DNA of 64,000 nucleotides from Flectonema sp. DT1601 (GCA_964019425.1 OZ025802.1:744001-808000); one strand, 5' to 3'; positions 45,001 through 57,202 are shown, counted from the first letter of the stretch. The notes: generated by a model from the sequence alone, not told the origin. Program-made: numbers and translations.

Positions 45001-47262
45001 TGACGACACAAACCAACAAGAAGACTCCCATAATAATTAATTCAAACGACCACAGAATAGTTAATGGATGAAGGTGAGTAACATAGTCTCTGTTAACGAT
45101 CACACTAAAGGCTGGAAATAAAACGCACAAGACGTGAACAATAACAACTTTTGCCCTTTCTGCTGCGGGAATGTCAGCAAAACGAATACAAATTCGAAAG
45201 CATCCCTTCAAGCTTTTCGCAACCCAAAACCAATGACCAATAGCAGCTAAGGTTGTTAAGATGGTAGCTATTACTATTACAGCTGTTTGAAGAGAATGCC
45301 CCCTCGATCCATCTGAACACTCTCCAGTATCTCTTTTACAACATTGAATATGGTATCCTGTCGTAGCAGGTGACAGGATCCTATCTCCTACGCATATTGC
45401 TAATTTCTCTATTCTGGGGATGAAGCCGCTGTAGTTTCCGAATCTGTTTTGTTTTTGTTGTTTTTTTTTGTAAACAAAAAAAAAAAAAAGGAATTGCCTT
45501 GCCCTACCCTTTGACACATTAAAACATACTTCGCAGTTCCTTCAGTACCTGAAAACGATCCTCTCGTTTTATGAAACTGTGCTGACGAGTCTCCAAGATC
45601 AAAGAATAGAATCGCTAGCTCACTAACAACTTTTAGTAATTGTGATGAACCACAAAATGGTTTTCTAAGTGAGATTGCGAGATCTGAAACTCGAGCGTAG
45701 TTAAATCCAAAACAGAAGTAAGTTGACAAGACAGGATCGACTTCAATAAAGAAAGGAGATTGCATTAATACCCAATACTGATATGATGGAGGTATCAGTA
45801 GGTGATGATCTCTCCAGTTTCGTGAAGACACGTTGAATCTCACAAACGGAGCTGGTGGAACTGCTAAGTCAAAAAACGTTCTTTCGATTTCATCCATAGT
45901 AGTCGCATCAAGAACTTCTCCAGCGATGTCTTCAGTAAGCAAACTATCACCAGTCTTTGGGAGCAGACATTGAAACTCACCTTTATCAATAACAGTCAAG
46001 TGATATTCACCACTTAGTACTCCCTGAGCTGTATACAATCTTCCTGTTAAGGCAATCGTACCAGTGATTTCAGAGGTCTGAAGACGATAAGCCGTCTTAT
46101 TTGATCTCCCAATAAGTTCTATATTTGAACTGTTTACCATATAGTTCATACCTTGTTCTAACATTGCTGTTGTCGGAGGGATTGCTGAGATACCAGCAAT
46201 AGTCATGTCAGGGTTGGCAATCCATGTTATGTCGAGTAAAATACAATTTAATTTCCCACTTCGCTGATGGATAACTTTAGATTTTCCAGTGACGAGATCG
46301 ATCTCAGTACAGATGGTAAAGTCTAAAGTATTGTCTCCACTGTCACGAACAAATACATTAAAATCCGTCATCGCCGCGGTTGACGCGAGTGTAATAGCGT
46401 TAGTTTGTAAGATGGTAACTTGAGTTGTGTCTACCAACTTGAAATGAATTCTATGAGGATCACCCTCCAATATAATAATACGAACTTCACTACTCTCTGA
46501 AAGTCCAGGTAGATAAACCAAACTTGACGACTGAAGACGTGTTTTACAAGAACCCTTTCTCCCAGACGCGATGATATCAGGAAATGAAACACTTCCATTC
46601 TTAGTACTCTGACTTAGAGTTCCATACAACTTAAAATTAGCATCAACACCCTGATAATCACATGACAATTCAACAACAACATCTGACACAGTAAAGTTTC
46701 GATTACCCCAAGCATCACAGACTGATGCTGCTATTGGAGGAACAATCAATTGTCCACTTTTAACAGAAAGATCGCCATTGTTTGGTAAGATCCCAACAGG
46801 GAAACCCGTTGAAATAGACAACTGATAATAGTCAGTAGTCGTATCGTTACCGTTGTCGGTTGTTATCGATAGACCCCATTTCGCAGAGTCATCTGACTCA
46901 TTAAATAATCCACAAATTGATAATTTCAGTCCAGTGAAGACGATTGACTTTTCAACAGCAAACATCTGACTATCAGTCGTACAGAAGTACAATCCACCAC
47001 TGCAATTTGATATCGTCATTGACGTGGAGTTAGAATCTATTATTTTACCCATCAATTCTAACTCATATCGATTAGTTACTTGTGTTGGTATTTGGACATC
47101 GATCTCTTGTCCTACGAGGTATTCCGTCGGAATCCAACTAGTGTTTGTATTCGAACTAAGAGGATAAGCAGTGTCTCCACAACTATCACAAAGAACGAAA
47201 AGAAAACATAACTTGACCAACACAAGCAGCTGACATCTTTGAGGGCCCCATCGGAGGGGCAT
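42068..47262 (-). CDS. Receptor-like ~7TM protein, ~1630 aa; exons 47262-45530, 45443-44722, 44649-42626, 42559-42395, 42316-42068
   Basis: Three ORF-track entries join in frame through four GTATGT..ACAG introns (exon total 4893 nt = 1631 codons). Signal peptide, ~600-aa ectodomain, ~7 hydrophobic helices, long Ser/Pro-rich tail. Confidence 0.75.
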
Positions 47263-47516
47263 CCCTGCATTAGGAATAAATAAAAAAAATTAAAAAAAAA
47301 AATAGAAAAAATATCAATTTTTTCGGATCCCCAACAAAGTAACGTTTCGTTGTTTTTTTTTTTTTTTTTTTTTGTTCTTTTTGTTTTTTTTTTTCAATCA
47401 ATTTTTTTTTTTTATAACCAATCGTACCAGAAGATGCTCACAACGGTATCAGTCACTAAGCACCTACCCGAATACAAAAGAGTGTAGCTTTTCAACATAA
47501 CAACAAAACAATCACA

Positions 47517-48671
47517 TTAAATAACTCCAAACGTGTGTGTGAATACAGATGACCCAGCTCCTCCTATATTCTGTGTCATACCAATAGTCGCGTTGGGTAT
47601 TTGATTATCGCCAGCAGAGTCGGAGAGTTGTAGAAATATTTCAGCAGCCTGGTAGACACCAGTAGCACCAACAGGATGACCACGAGCTTTGAGACCACCG
47701 AATGTCGAGAATGGAATGGTTGATGTTTGACATCCACTTCCAGGTTGAGAGAAACCAGAAGCTTCGAGTGACAGACAAGCCATTATTGAATACGCGTCAT
47801 GAAGTTCGAAGACATCAATATCAGATCTAGAAAGTTGTGATCTTTCCAACACCTGTTCAGTTGATTGTCTGACTGCTCTCATCTCGAGAGGGTTCTCACG
47901 TTCTTCAACAGTTAGGATGTCGGTAGCTGACGCACTCGATAATAATTTTATTTTTTTTCTATCAGATCTCAACATTCCTTTATCAGAACAAAGAACAACA
48001 GCAGCAGCTCCATCACACATTGGACTCGCATCAAGAACTCTTATTGGATCGGTTACTACTCTACTGTTGTTATATTTATCGATATTTATTAACTTGTGAA
48101 AGGCCGCATGTTCGGATGACAACGCGTTCTTGTGTGCGATTATTGGAAAAGTTGAAAAGGCCTCTCGACTGACGTCTTTATACTTTTGAAGGTATTTCTT
48201 CATTAAGTGCCCATTCAATGAAACAAATGTCTCTCCCTTAGATCCTTCATGTTCCCAGTGAGATGCAGTTGCGAGAGACTTCGTAGCATGTGGAACAGAT
48301 GTGTGCGTCATCTGTTCAACTCCGAGTACGATGGCGATGTCAACTTCTCCCGACATTATTGAGAGATATCCCTGTCGTAGGGCACCTCCTCCAGCACCAC
48401 AACAGCTTTCTATTGTCATCGTGTCGAGGGGTTTATCATTATTATTACAAAGTCCTGCTTCAGTAGCAATTAACGGTCCCAAGTGTTGTTGATGACTGAG
48501 CATACCAGACATCATGTTGCCGACGTATAAACCTCTAACGTCGTTTTTTGTGATTCCGGAATCTGTGATCGCTTTTTCAATAGCTTCCTTACCCATTCCT
48601 GCTAGCGTGGCTCCCTTACCTCTGGTTATGTTTACAAGGCCGCATCCCATGAGGTAGACTCCGCGAGACAT
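47517..48671 (-). CDS. Thiolase, SCP2-type/HDAF-like acetyl-CoA acyltransferase
   Basis: ESCCGAGG nucleophile region, GVEQMT, DASPMCDGAAAVVL, FELHDAY, GGLKARGHPVGATG and QNIGG. Confidence 0.92.
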   Translation of the reverse strand: MSRGVYLMGCGLVNITRGKGATLAGMGKEAIEKAITDSGITKNDVRGLYVGNMMSGMLSHQQHLGPLIATEAGLCNNNDKPLDTMTIESCCGAGGGALRQGYLSIMSGEVDIAIVLGVEQMTHTSVPHATKSLATASHWEHEGSKGETFVSLNGHLMKKYLQKYKDVSREAFSTFPIIAHKNALSSEHAAFHKLINIDKYNNSRVVTDPIRVLDASPMCDGAAAVVLCSDKGMLRSDRKKIKLLSSASATDILTVEERENPLEMRAVRQSTEQVLERSQLSRSDIDVFELHDAYSIMACLSLEASGFSQPGSGCQTSTIPFSTFGGLKARGHPVGATGVYQAAEIFLQLSDSAGDNQIPNATIGMTQNIGGAGSSVFTHTFGVI

Positions 48672-48787
48672 CTCTTTGTTTTTATTTTTTTTTTTTTATA
48701 TAATAAGTTACTCTGAAAAAAAAAAAAAAAAAGAAATAATTTTTTTTATGCAATCGTAACAAACCAAAATAATGAAAAAATATGTAT

Positions 48788-49969
48788 TTAGTACTTCTTA
48801 GCTTTTATGAGGGAAGTGCTAACGGACTTAACTCCAGCTGGGATTTCCCAAATTATTTGTTTTGTGTGAGGAGTTACTTCATAAGTTGATTTCACTGTCC
48901 CATCAATGAGTAAAGAGTATGAACCCATTATCGGCATTTTCATAAACGAGTTCTGCCAAGGAGGTGTTATTTTCATTGGTTGGTGCAGACCAGTAATTCT
49001 AATTTCAGAACCATTTAATACTCTCACAGATATCGGAGGAGTTGATCTGCAGTCAAACGAATCTGACCAGGTCGGTGAAAATATAAAACCAGACCATCTG
49101 ATGGGACCTCCACATTTTAATAGAACGTGACAATAATTGTTGTCTGGGTTAACCAACGCTGCATGTAGAGAATCTGTGATTAAATCAATACCAAAAGGAG
49201 ATGGATGAACCTCATCATCCAAAACTTTTCCTTTTTTACTACCCTCTACTTGATATGAAAACAAGTCTACATACAATCCATTATTTGCTGCTGCTATTTC
49301 GGATATCGCCGTGTTTGCTTCAACAATCCAACCATCACTTGTAGATGGGTTTATCATGCTGAGACCGCACAGGACGATAGTAGTGGTCTTGTTGTAGTAT
49401 TGTTTAATCTGTGATACAAGCAGAGAATACCAAGATATGAAATGAGAGACTGTTGAAGCTCTCAAAGCATCATTCACCCCCAGCTGTATTATTATTGCTG
49501 TAATGTTGTTTCGTTGTTTACAAGTTGTTGCCGTGTTTATTATTGTTTTTGACATGTCTGACATCATCCAATCTTGCAATGCCAAACCAGGTCGTGAGTG
49601 TTTAATAATATCCACTTTTATATTATTAGTATTCAATAATTTAATCTTCAACTTGTCAGAATAATTTTTTTTTTTCTTATCACGAACATCATAAGCCATT
49701 GAGATACTATCACCAAAGACAGCGATACAACTGTTATTCAAAACTCCATTAGGAATTTCCAACAACCTGTTTAAGGGAGACATTCTTGAGTGTTGTATTT
49801 TAATCAACGAACTAACTGGACGATTACTTGAATTGTGTTCTTCTTCAGTTGAATTATTGATTTTAGATACCTTCGGTATGGCACATTCTTGTGATAAGAA
49901 TACTCTTCTAGATATATCAGTGAGTAGGAGGAGTAATAACAAGACCAGCAACCGACTACTGAACTTCAT
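48788..49969 (-). CDS. SGNH/GDSL hydrolase with N-terminal signal anchor
   Basis: Block I VFGDSIS, block III IQLGVNDA, block V DEVHPS; poly-Leu N-terminal helix. Confidence 0.85.
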   Translation of the reverse strand: MKFSSRLLVLLLLLLLTDISRRVFLSQECAIPKVSKINNSTEEEHNSSNRPVSSLIKIQHSRMSPLNRLLEIPNGVLNNSCIAVFGDSISMAYDVRDKKKKNYSDKLKIKLLNTNNIKVDIIKHSRPGLALQDWMMSDMSKTIINTATTCKQRNNITAIIIQLGVNDALRASTVSHFISWYSLLVSQIKQYYNKTTTIVLCGLSMINPSTSDGWIVEANTAISEIAAANNGLYVDLFSYQVEGSKKGKVLDDEVHPSPFGIDLITDSLHAALVNPDNNYCHVLLKCGGPIRWSGFIFSPTWSDSFDCRSTPPISVRVLNGSEIRITGLHQPMKITPPWQNSFMKMPIMGSYSLLIDGTVKSTYEVTPHTKQIIWEIPAGVKSVSTSLIKAKKY

Positions 49970-50580
49970 CAGAGGAGTTGCTGCTGTTTTAAAAAATTAA
50001 AATAATTCAAAATCAAATTCTCACGATTCCCTTAATGTCAATTCTTATTTTTTGCCTACCAGACCACACAAAGGCAATCTTCTCGGCTATAGCTAGTAGT
50101 AAGTCAGCAAGGAAAAGAGAGGGAAATCGACGAGGGACCAGAAAAGTCCGCCGGATGAAAAAAGAAAAGAAATACCCATGTGAAGGAGCAGCAGGAGGAG
50201 GAAAGGAGGATAACTTCCTCTGTCTCCCATTTCTCCGTTCCGATGGGGATGTCACAGAAAGAAAACGGCTAAAGAAATTATATAGCTCGAAATTAAATAA
50301 TAACTAGTTTGAAGAATCGAATTGACAACAATTCGTAAACAAAAAGAAATGGAATTACTACTCACACATTGAACCCAACATCATCATCATCATCATCACC
50401 TATCATCCGAAACACTCTGTCTTCCCAAAGAAGTGCGTTCCTTTTGCTTGGATCACACAGGTTCGGAGAGGGCAAAAAGTGCAAAGGATGGATGAAGAAG
50501 CGGATTATTATATTAAAAGAAAGGAGGAACACGAGAAACAATCGATCCCTCCTTTACACAACAACAACTAAACGTACAAC

Positions 50581-51231
50581 CTACTGGAAGATCTTGTACA
50601 GTGGCATCTTCGGTGTGGCGTAGTAGGCCTTCACAACTGGAATGCTGGCAATCTTCTTCTTGTGGGCCATGATGTTCTTGAAACCGTCGAGACAGGTGGC
50701 CGGCACTCCCTCCATGGACCTCAACGGTTGCACAAAAGCGAACGCAGCGACGTCAGCCATAGTCAGGTGGTCGCCCACTGCGTATCCGCTCTTCGATTTC
50801 CCAAACTTTGCGTCCAACACCTTCAGCCACTTGTGTGAGTCGCCTCCCTCGGACACTGCCTTCGAGCGGACAGCATCCCTCTCAGCTCCCTCCGGCATCT
50901 TGTAAGAAGCAGAGATCGGTGCGAACATGTCTCCCAGCATGTCAACGAACTCGTCGACCTCCAGAGACAGAAGAGCGTCCTCCGGGTACAGCGCCTTTCC
51001 CTCGAACTTCGAAATCTTCGACACGTACCTCAACTGTGCCAAGCTCTGTCCGAACACCTTGCCTCCGACATGCAAAAGTGGAAGCTGCTTTGGAGCCACC
51101 TCCGCCTTCATCTTTCCCCATTCTTCCCCAGCCAGTCTCTGGTCTTCGAACTTGATCCCTCCCAGGGTGAGCGCAAGTCTCATCGACTCAGCACGTCCCG
51201 GAATCGGAAAGTAGACAACCTTGATGGACAT
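50581..51231 (-). CDS. Glutathione S-transferase (sigma-like), copy 1
   Basis: YFPIPGRAESMRL, QLPLL, QSLAQLRY and VGDHLTMADV motifs; 216 aa. Confidence 0.95.
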   Translation of the reverse strand: MSIKVVYFPIPGRAESMRLALTLGGIKFEDQRLAGEEWGKMKAEVAPKQLPLLHVGGKVFGQSLAQLRYVSKISKFEGKALYPEDALLSLEVDEFVDMLGDMFAPISASYKMPEGAERDAVRSKAVSEGGDSHKWLKVLDAKFGKSKSGYAVGDHLTMADVAAFAFVQPLRSMEGVPATCLDGFKNIMAHKKKIASIPVVKAYYATPKMPLYKIFQ

Positions 51232-51755
51232 TGTTTGGTGTGAAGGTGTGGGTTCTTAGATGAAGTCACTGAGATGAGAGGGGGAAACATGAGGGGGATA
51301 AGAAACAACAACACCGACAAAACAAAACTAATAGAGAGCAAGCGAATTTCGCCTGAACCGCAAACCTGAGTCGGGGCAAAGTCTAATTAAGTCGTTGTCC
51401 CCCTCTCTTTGTGTTTTTGTTTTCTTTTTGCCTACCAGACCACACAAAGGCAATCTGCTTGGCTATAGCTAGTAGTGAGTCAGCAAGGAAAAGAGAGGGA
51501 AATCGACGAGGGACCAGAAAAGTCCTCCGGATGAAAAAAGAAGAAAAAACCCCAAGTGAAGGAGCAGCAGGAGGAGGAAAGGAGGATAACCTTCCTCTGT
51601 CTCCCATTTCTCCGTTCCGATGGGGATGTCACAGATAGAAAACGGCTAAAGAAATTATATAGCTCGAAATTAAATAATAACTAGTTTGAAGAATCGAATT
51701 GACAACAATTCGTAAACAAAAAGAAATGGAATTACTACTCACACATTGAACCCAA

Positions 51756-51790
<35 letters not shown>

Positions 51791-51972
51791 CCTATCATCC
51801 GAAACACTCTGTCTTCCCAAAGAAGTGCGTTCCTTTTGCTTGGATCACACAGGTTCGCAGAGGACAAAAAGTGCAAAGGATGGATGAAGAAGCGGATTAT
51901 TATATTAAAAGAAAGGAGGAACACGAGAAACAATCGATCCCTCCTTTACACAACAACAACTAAACGTACAAC

Positions 51973-52623
51973 CTACTGGAAGATCTTGTACAGTGGCATC
52001 TTCGGTGTGGCGTAGTAGGCCTTCACAACTGGAATGCTGGCAATCTTCTTCTTGTGGGCCATGATGTTCTTGAAACCGTCGAGACAGGTGGCCGGCACTC
52101 CCTCCATGGACCTCAACGGCTGCACAAAAGCGAACGCAGCGACGTCAGCCATAGTCAGGTGGTCGCCCACTGCGTATCCGCTCTTCGATTTCCCAAACTT
52201 TGCGTCCAACACCTTCAGCCACTTGTGTGAGTCGCCTCCCTCGGACACTGCCTTCGAGCGGACAGCATCCCTCTCAGCTCCCTCCGGCATCTTGTAAGAA
52301 GCAGAGATTGGTGCGAACATGTCTCCCAGCATGTCAACGAACTCGTCGACCTCCAGAGACAGAAGAGCGTCCTCCGGGTACAGCGCCTTTCCCTCGAACT
52401 TCGAAATCTTCGACACGTACCTCAACTGTGCCAAGCTCTGTCCGAACACCTTGCCTCCGACATGCAAAAGTGGAAGCTGCTTTGGAGCAACCTCCGCCTT
52501 CATCTTTCCCCATTCCTCCCCAGCCAGCCTCTGGTCTTCGAACTTGATCCCTCCCAGGGTGAGCGCAAGTCTCATCGACTCAGCACGTCCCGGAATCGGA
52601 AAGTAAACAACCTTGATGGACAT
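51973..52623 (-). CDS. Glutathione S-transferase (sigma-like), copy 2
   Basis: Protein identical to copy 1, with a few synonymous differences. Confidence 0.95.
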   Translation of the reverse strand: MSIKVVYFPIPGRAESMRLALTLGGIKFEDQRLAGEEWGKMKAEVAPKQLPLLHVGGKVFGQSLAQLRYVSKISKFEGKALYPEDALLSLEVDEFVDMLGDMFAPISASYKMPEGAERDAVRSKAVSEGGDSHKWLKVLDAKFGKSKSGYAVGDHLTMADVAAFAFVQPLRSMEGVPATCLDGFKNIMAHKKKIASIPVVKAYYATPKMPLYKIFQ

Positions 52624-53140
52624 TATTTGGTGAAGATTGAGATATGCTGAGGTAGAAAATAAGAAATACCAAACAAAACAACACCGACAAGATCATTAGA
52701 CATGCTATTCGACAGATTAGTGTGACGAATGTACAAAGATTACGCACAGTTACATGTGCGAGTCTAAACAATAAGTGCCTTCAGAATAACTGTGTTCTCT
52801 AATGCTGATCAAAGCTGACGAATATTAGAATCTGTCATCAGACTGATGACATATGCGATATGGACACACAGGAATAAGGTACTTAGAAAGTTCACAACGT
52901 GAGAAAGTGTTCTATCAGAACTCTCATTATCGCAACGTCTGACAATTTCTTTTTATTCTTTTTTTAAATTAATATTGAGGATGGGAGAGGGGAGTAAAGA
53001 AACAAAAAAAATAAAGCGCCTGGCATGCACTTATGAAATAACATTTGCTCTACATATCTACGAGGGGGGGTGGTGGTGGTGGAGGGATTTTTCTTTCTGA
53101 ATTTTCTTAAATTCTTCACCACGATTAAGATTTGCTTCAA

Positions 53141-53204
53141 TGAGCCAACAACAGTCTTCCATATGACAAGCTGAGCCAACAACAGTCTTCCATATGACAA
53201 GCTG
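53141..53204. repeat. Perfect 31-bp tandem duplication
   Basis: TGAGCCAACAACAGTCTTCCATATGACAAGC occurs twice in a row. Confidence 0.9.
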
Positions 53205-53264
53205 TTTAGGAATTCTTTTTTTTTTTTTTTTTCAAGCGACAAAGTTACTCGTGGTACTGAATAC

Positions 53265-54005
53265 TTACGCATAAGGAGGTCTGACAAGTCGTTTTCCAGT
53301 ACGCTGGACTGGCGTATGAAGACCGACAGGAGCCTCAAGACCACCACCTTGCATATTTATGATATTATAATTGTTAACGGGAGGTGTTGCTGCTGTTTCC
53401 ATGCGAGTAGCTGGGGGTGGTGTTGGAGCTGGTGGTGGAGGGGTATTAGAATCGGATTCAGAATTCCAGTATTGATCATAAATAACGTAATTATTATTCT
53501 GAGCGACAAAGTCAGTCAATTGATAATGTTTTGATAAGAATGAGAGTAGTTTAGGACTCGGTCGATCGTAACCCAATCTCCTCGGTGGGACATCTACGTC
53601 GTTCAGCATTCTTTCAAACAAACAATATCCAACACCCGTTCTCTGATGTGTTTCCGAAACATAAAAGTCGAGTACACACATCGGAGAGATTTCATGAAAT
53701 TCCGCGTACTTCCCTCTGATGAAGAGCTTCTTGAGTCCTATTTTTAATAATCCATAAACTAACCCACCAGATCCAACTATATATAACTTATGATCGCTAC
53801 CAGCAAGAAGAGAAGCACTACTGATAACTCGAGGTAGTCCTTGAGCTTTTGCGCTTCTCACACCTAAAGAGTCGATTAAGTTAGAAATGCCAACACCAAC
53901 TGGTGTTCTTCTTGCTTGTGTTATGGATCTGCTATCCCAAATAGTAATTCCTAACTCTTCTCCTCCAACGTTTAGTATTTTCTTAACTTCTTGTGTGGTT
54001 TCCAT
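53265..54005 (-). CDS. ATAT1: Alpha-tubulin N-acetyltransferase (ATAT1/MEC-17)
   Basis: GLLKIGLKKLF, CVLDFYVSETHQRTGVG, YDRPSPKLLSFLSKHY and QNNNYVIY. The C-terminus may be extended by an intron at 53268-53202. Confidence 0.93.
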   Translation of the reverse strand: METTQEVKKILNVGGEELGITIWDSRSITQARRTPVGVGISNLIDSLGVRSAKAQGLPRVISSASLLAGSDHKLYIVGSGGLVYGLLKIGLKKLFIRGKYAEFHEISPMCVLDFYVSETHQRTGVGYCLFERMLNDVDVPPRRLGYDRPSPKLLSFLSKHYQLTDFVAQNNNYVIYDQYWNSESDSNTPPPPAPTPPPATRMETAATPPVNNYNIINMQGGGLEAPVGLHTPVQRTGKRLVRPPYA

Positions 54006-54374
54006 ATCGTGATATCAAGTGGTTGTAGTAGTAGTAGTCCTGTTAATGAATTAATGGGTGGTACTCAGTTAGGGTAATTATAATAAGGTTGATGTTGGTA
54101 TTTAGATCGAAAGCTTGTTGTAGTCTGGCCCTGTTTTATAAAATTAATAATAATAATAATAAAAAGGTTCACACAACAACCGTTGCTTATTAAACAGTGC
54201 GACTTTGCAGCAAAAAAAAAAAAAAAAAGAGGAAAAGCAAAGAATGGGAAGGGTGGGGAGAAAAAGAAAATTTTGTGTGTTTTTTTTTATTTTTGCTTTT
54301 TTTCTATCTTCTTTTTTTTTTTTTTTTTTTTTTTTTGCTGTCTCTTTATTGTATTTTTCACGTTTTTTTTTTTT

Positions 54375-54408
<34 letters not shown>

Positions 54409-56003
54409 ATAGTTTCGTAAACATAAAATAATAAATTCAAACACATGGTTGAGAAGACCTCCTTTAACAAAGATTTGCTATTTTCAAAAAAAATTGTAAT
54501 CAGAAATTGAAAAGAAAGTTGATTCACACGTTGTTTCAATCTTACGCTTACAGTATTATATAAAACCTAACATAGTTGTTTCCGGATGACATAATCTTCA
54601 GGAAACAGTAACTTAAGAAAAAGAAGAGGGAGAGAGACACAAAAAGTAGTTTGAGTGGCGTCATCTAATAGCCGAGTTCTGTTTTTTTTGTTTCTTTTTT
54701 GCTATCCAACATAGTCGGAGAAGAAACTATTCAGGTTGAAAAGCTGTTATTCTTTATAGCCATGACTTAATTACCCCCCCCGTGCGACTGGATTTTGTCT
54801 GCGTTCAACGAAAATATAAGGCTAAATCTGAATAGTTTTTTTTTTCTTTTTTTTTTTCCTTTGAACAAACCGAGCAGAGAGAGGAAGAAATTGCGTACCA
54901 CGAGAAAGGCGCATTCAAAAAAAAAAAAAAAAAAAAAAAAATCTGTTTTTTCTCGATTCGAAGAGGACAGTTATATATAAATATGTTACAGTTCGTGTTG
55001 ATCCAATGTTCAGCTGTGAGATCATAAAGGCGACATCAGGTACTACATTAAAGAGGAGGAGTTGTAATCAAATTCCAGTCGAATACTCGTCAGGTAATAC
55101 GTTCTAGTCAGACGTTAATAAACTTCAAAACCACGTTACTCTTTATTCGCACCATTGAAGGTGCAGAAACAAGAGACAATTCCAAAACCATTCTCTTCCT
55201 TTCAAGATACGATTTCGAAACTGCCAACACCAGCAAATTGTTATCCACTGGTAATATATAGGAAAAATAAAAAGTAAACAAAAGTAAATCGATCAATAGG
55301 CTTAACACGAACCATAAACAGTAGTCAGTAAAACAAAAAGAAGAAACTTAGTAGCCACCAAATCCAACTTGTAAGTCGGCTCAGAGATTAATAAGATTAG
55401 CCTCGGTAAGTGGCTTTAATCTAATACGTATTCTGAATTCACTGGGGGGGTCTATTTTTACTAAAGTGAGTCGAAAGTGTACTAACAAAAAGAAGAACGA
55501 GGGAGGGGAAAAGAAAGAGGAAAGAAAGGAAAAAAAAAAAGATAAATCGGAAAGCGAAAGATAACGAGAAGAAAAAGATTAGTAAGCGGCACTGAAAAGG
55601 ATTTTCAGTCATTATTTTTTTTTTTTTTTTTAAAATGTTCATACAATATGCTGATCCCTGGGAGAATGGAGGGAGGTCAACATTTTTTTTCTACTTTACC
55701 CAAATACTCCGCCACGCCATAAACGGACACAAACGAACACTCAGCTAAAAGCTAATTACTTGGGTGGCAGAAGTACACAACACGCACAATCCAAGATCCC
55801 AATCACAATATAGGTAGTAGTTCGATTATTAAAAAAAACGCTGCACTTTTTTGAAATTTCAATTTCGAAAGCCGGAAAAAAATCTCAGATTCGTTCTCCT
55901 AATAATCTTCTCTGATTACGTTTTTTTTTTTTTTTTTTTTAATAATTCTTTTTGAGAAGAAAACAAAACAAAAAAAATATAACATCGCTAGTTAGTTGCA
56001 CAC

Positions 56004-56103
56004 AAGGGGGGTTAACTGTTTGATTTTGTACGTAAAATACAAATGTATTGTATCATAAATAACATAACGATAATTTAACATTAGTTCTGAGATACAGTGA
56101 CTA
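56004..56103. repeat. ~100-bp dispersed repeat; second copy at 60012-60112
   Basis: AAGGGGGGTTAACTGTT...TTAGTTCTGAGATACAGT is shared with few differences. Confidence 0.9.
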
Positions 56104-57202
56104 GGTGTGATGCTCACAAGGGGGTGGCTCAACAACGACAATTTTACTTTTTCTACAACAATCGAACACAATACACAAAAAACAAGTACAAACACGAAAA
56201 TGGATAAAAAACCAGCTAATAAGACAAAACCGTACCAAAACGTGACGTAAATTGGGAAAGAAATTTTGAATAGGGGGAGGAGGGAACAGGGTAGGAAACA
56301 AAAGTACTTAAAGAAAGGAGTTCGAAATAGTTTTTATCTACTTCGGTTTTAAAAAAAGAAAAATAAATTCTCTCTTGAGTTCGCAAAAGAAGGGATGGGG
56401 AGGTGGGTGAAATTATATGGCACTCCATCCAAAGCAGAAAAGGCTTGTCGACGAGAGGGAGAAAAAAAAAAAAGAAAGAAAAAAACAAAGTCATAACACA
56501 CAGCAAGAAGAATAGTGAGAAAGTTAGGGGGGAGAGAAAAAGAAGAGAAAAAAAGAGGAAAAAAAAACAGAAAAAAGCCGTTATCGATATCCTTCCCGGT
56601 TTCATGGCCTTTTTGTTTTTGTTTTCGTTTTTTGTTTTTTTTCGTTCCCCTGTTTCCCTTATTTTTCTTCAATACCCCGTCTTTCTTCGCTTGCAACATT
56701 GCTACACGATCTGTAACAATTATTCAAAAGAAAAACAGATTCATAAGTAATTTCTGTGAAAATATGGAGTAAGCAACAAAAAAAAAGGTTTTTCCTTTTT
56801 TTTAAAAAAAAATAATAATAATAGAGAGCAATAATATCACAACTGAATGAAAACGACACACGCCACATGAAGAGAAAATGGGTAAAAATGAGATGGTAAA
56901 AGGGAAGAAACTAAGAGAAAACTTAAATGTGAATTTTTTAAGTTAAAGTTTTTTTCCCCCACAATCACTTGAGTAGATAATAATAAGAATTACCCAAATT
57001 AAGTTCAGTTTACGAAAAGAATTACTTACTGTCTGTGATCAACAAAATACAAGGCTGTATCTGGTTTTTTTTTTCTTTTTTTTTTTTTTTTTTCCTAGTA
57101 CAAAGAAAATTACTTTGCTGTCTTCCATTCTATTGATCTATAAAAAAAAAAAGAAACTCCTACGCACACGGAAGATTATATAGTTGACTTCTTGTTGAGT
57201 GT

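Larger units (their letters stand above)
50049..52623. repeat. Tandem duplication of the GST gene plus ~540 bp of 3' flank
   Basis: ~50049-51231 is nearly identical to ~51426-52623. A (TCA)n microsatellite differs in length, and the 5' flanks diverge. Confidence 0.92.

Noticed and set aside
50642..52606. + strand ORFs overlapping the GST genes
   Set aside because: Antisense shadows of GC-biased coding sequence.
52785..52875. Possible hammerhead ribozyme (CTGATGA + CATAT/ATATG stem) and palindrome TGTCATCAG-A-CTGATGACA
   Set aside because: The core reads GACA instead of GAAA, and stem I cannot form while leaving a cleavage-site nucleotide.
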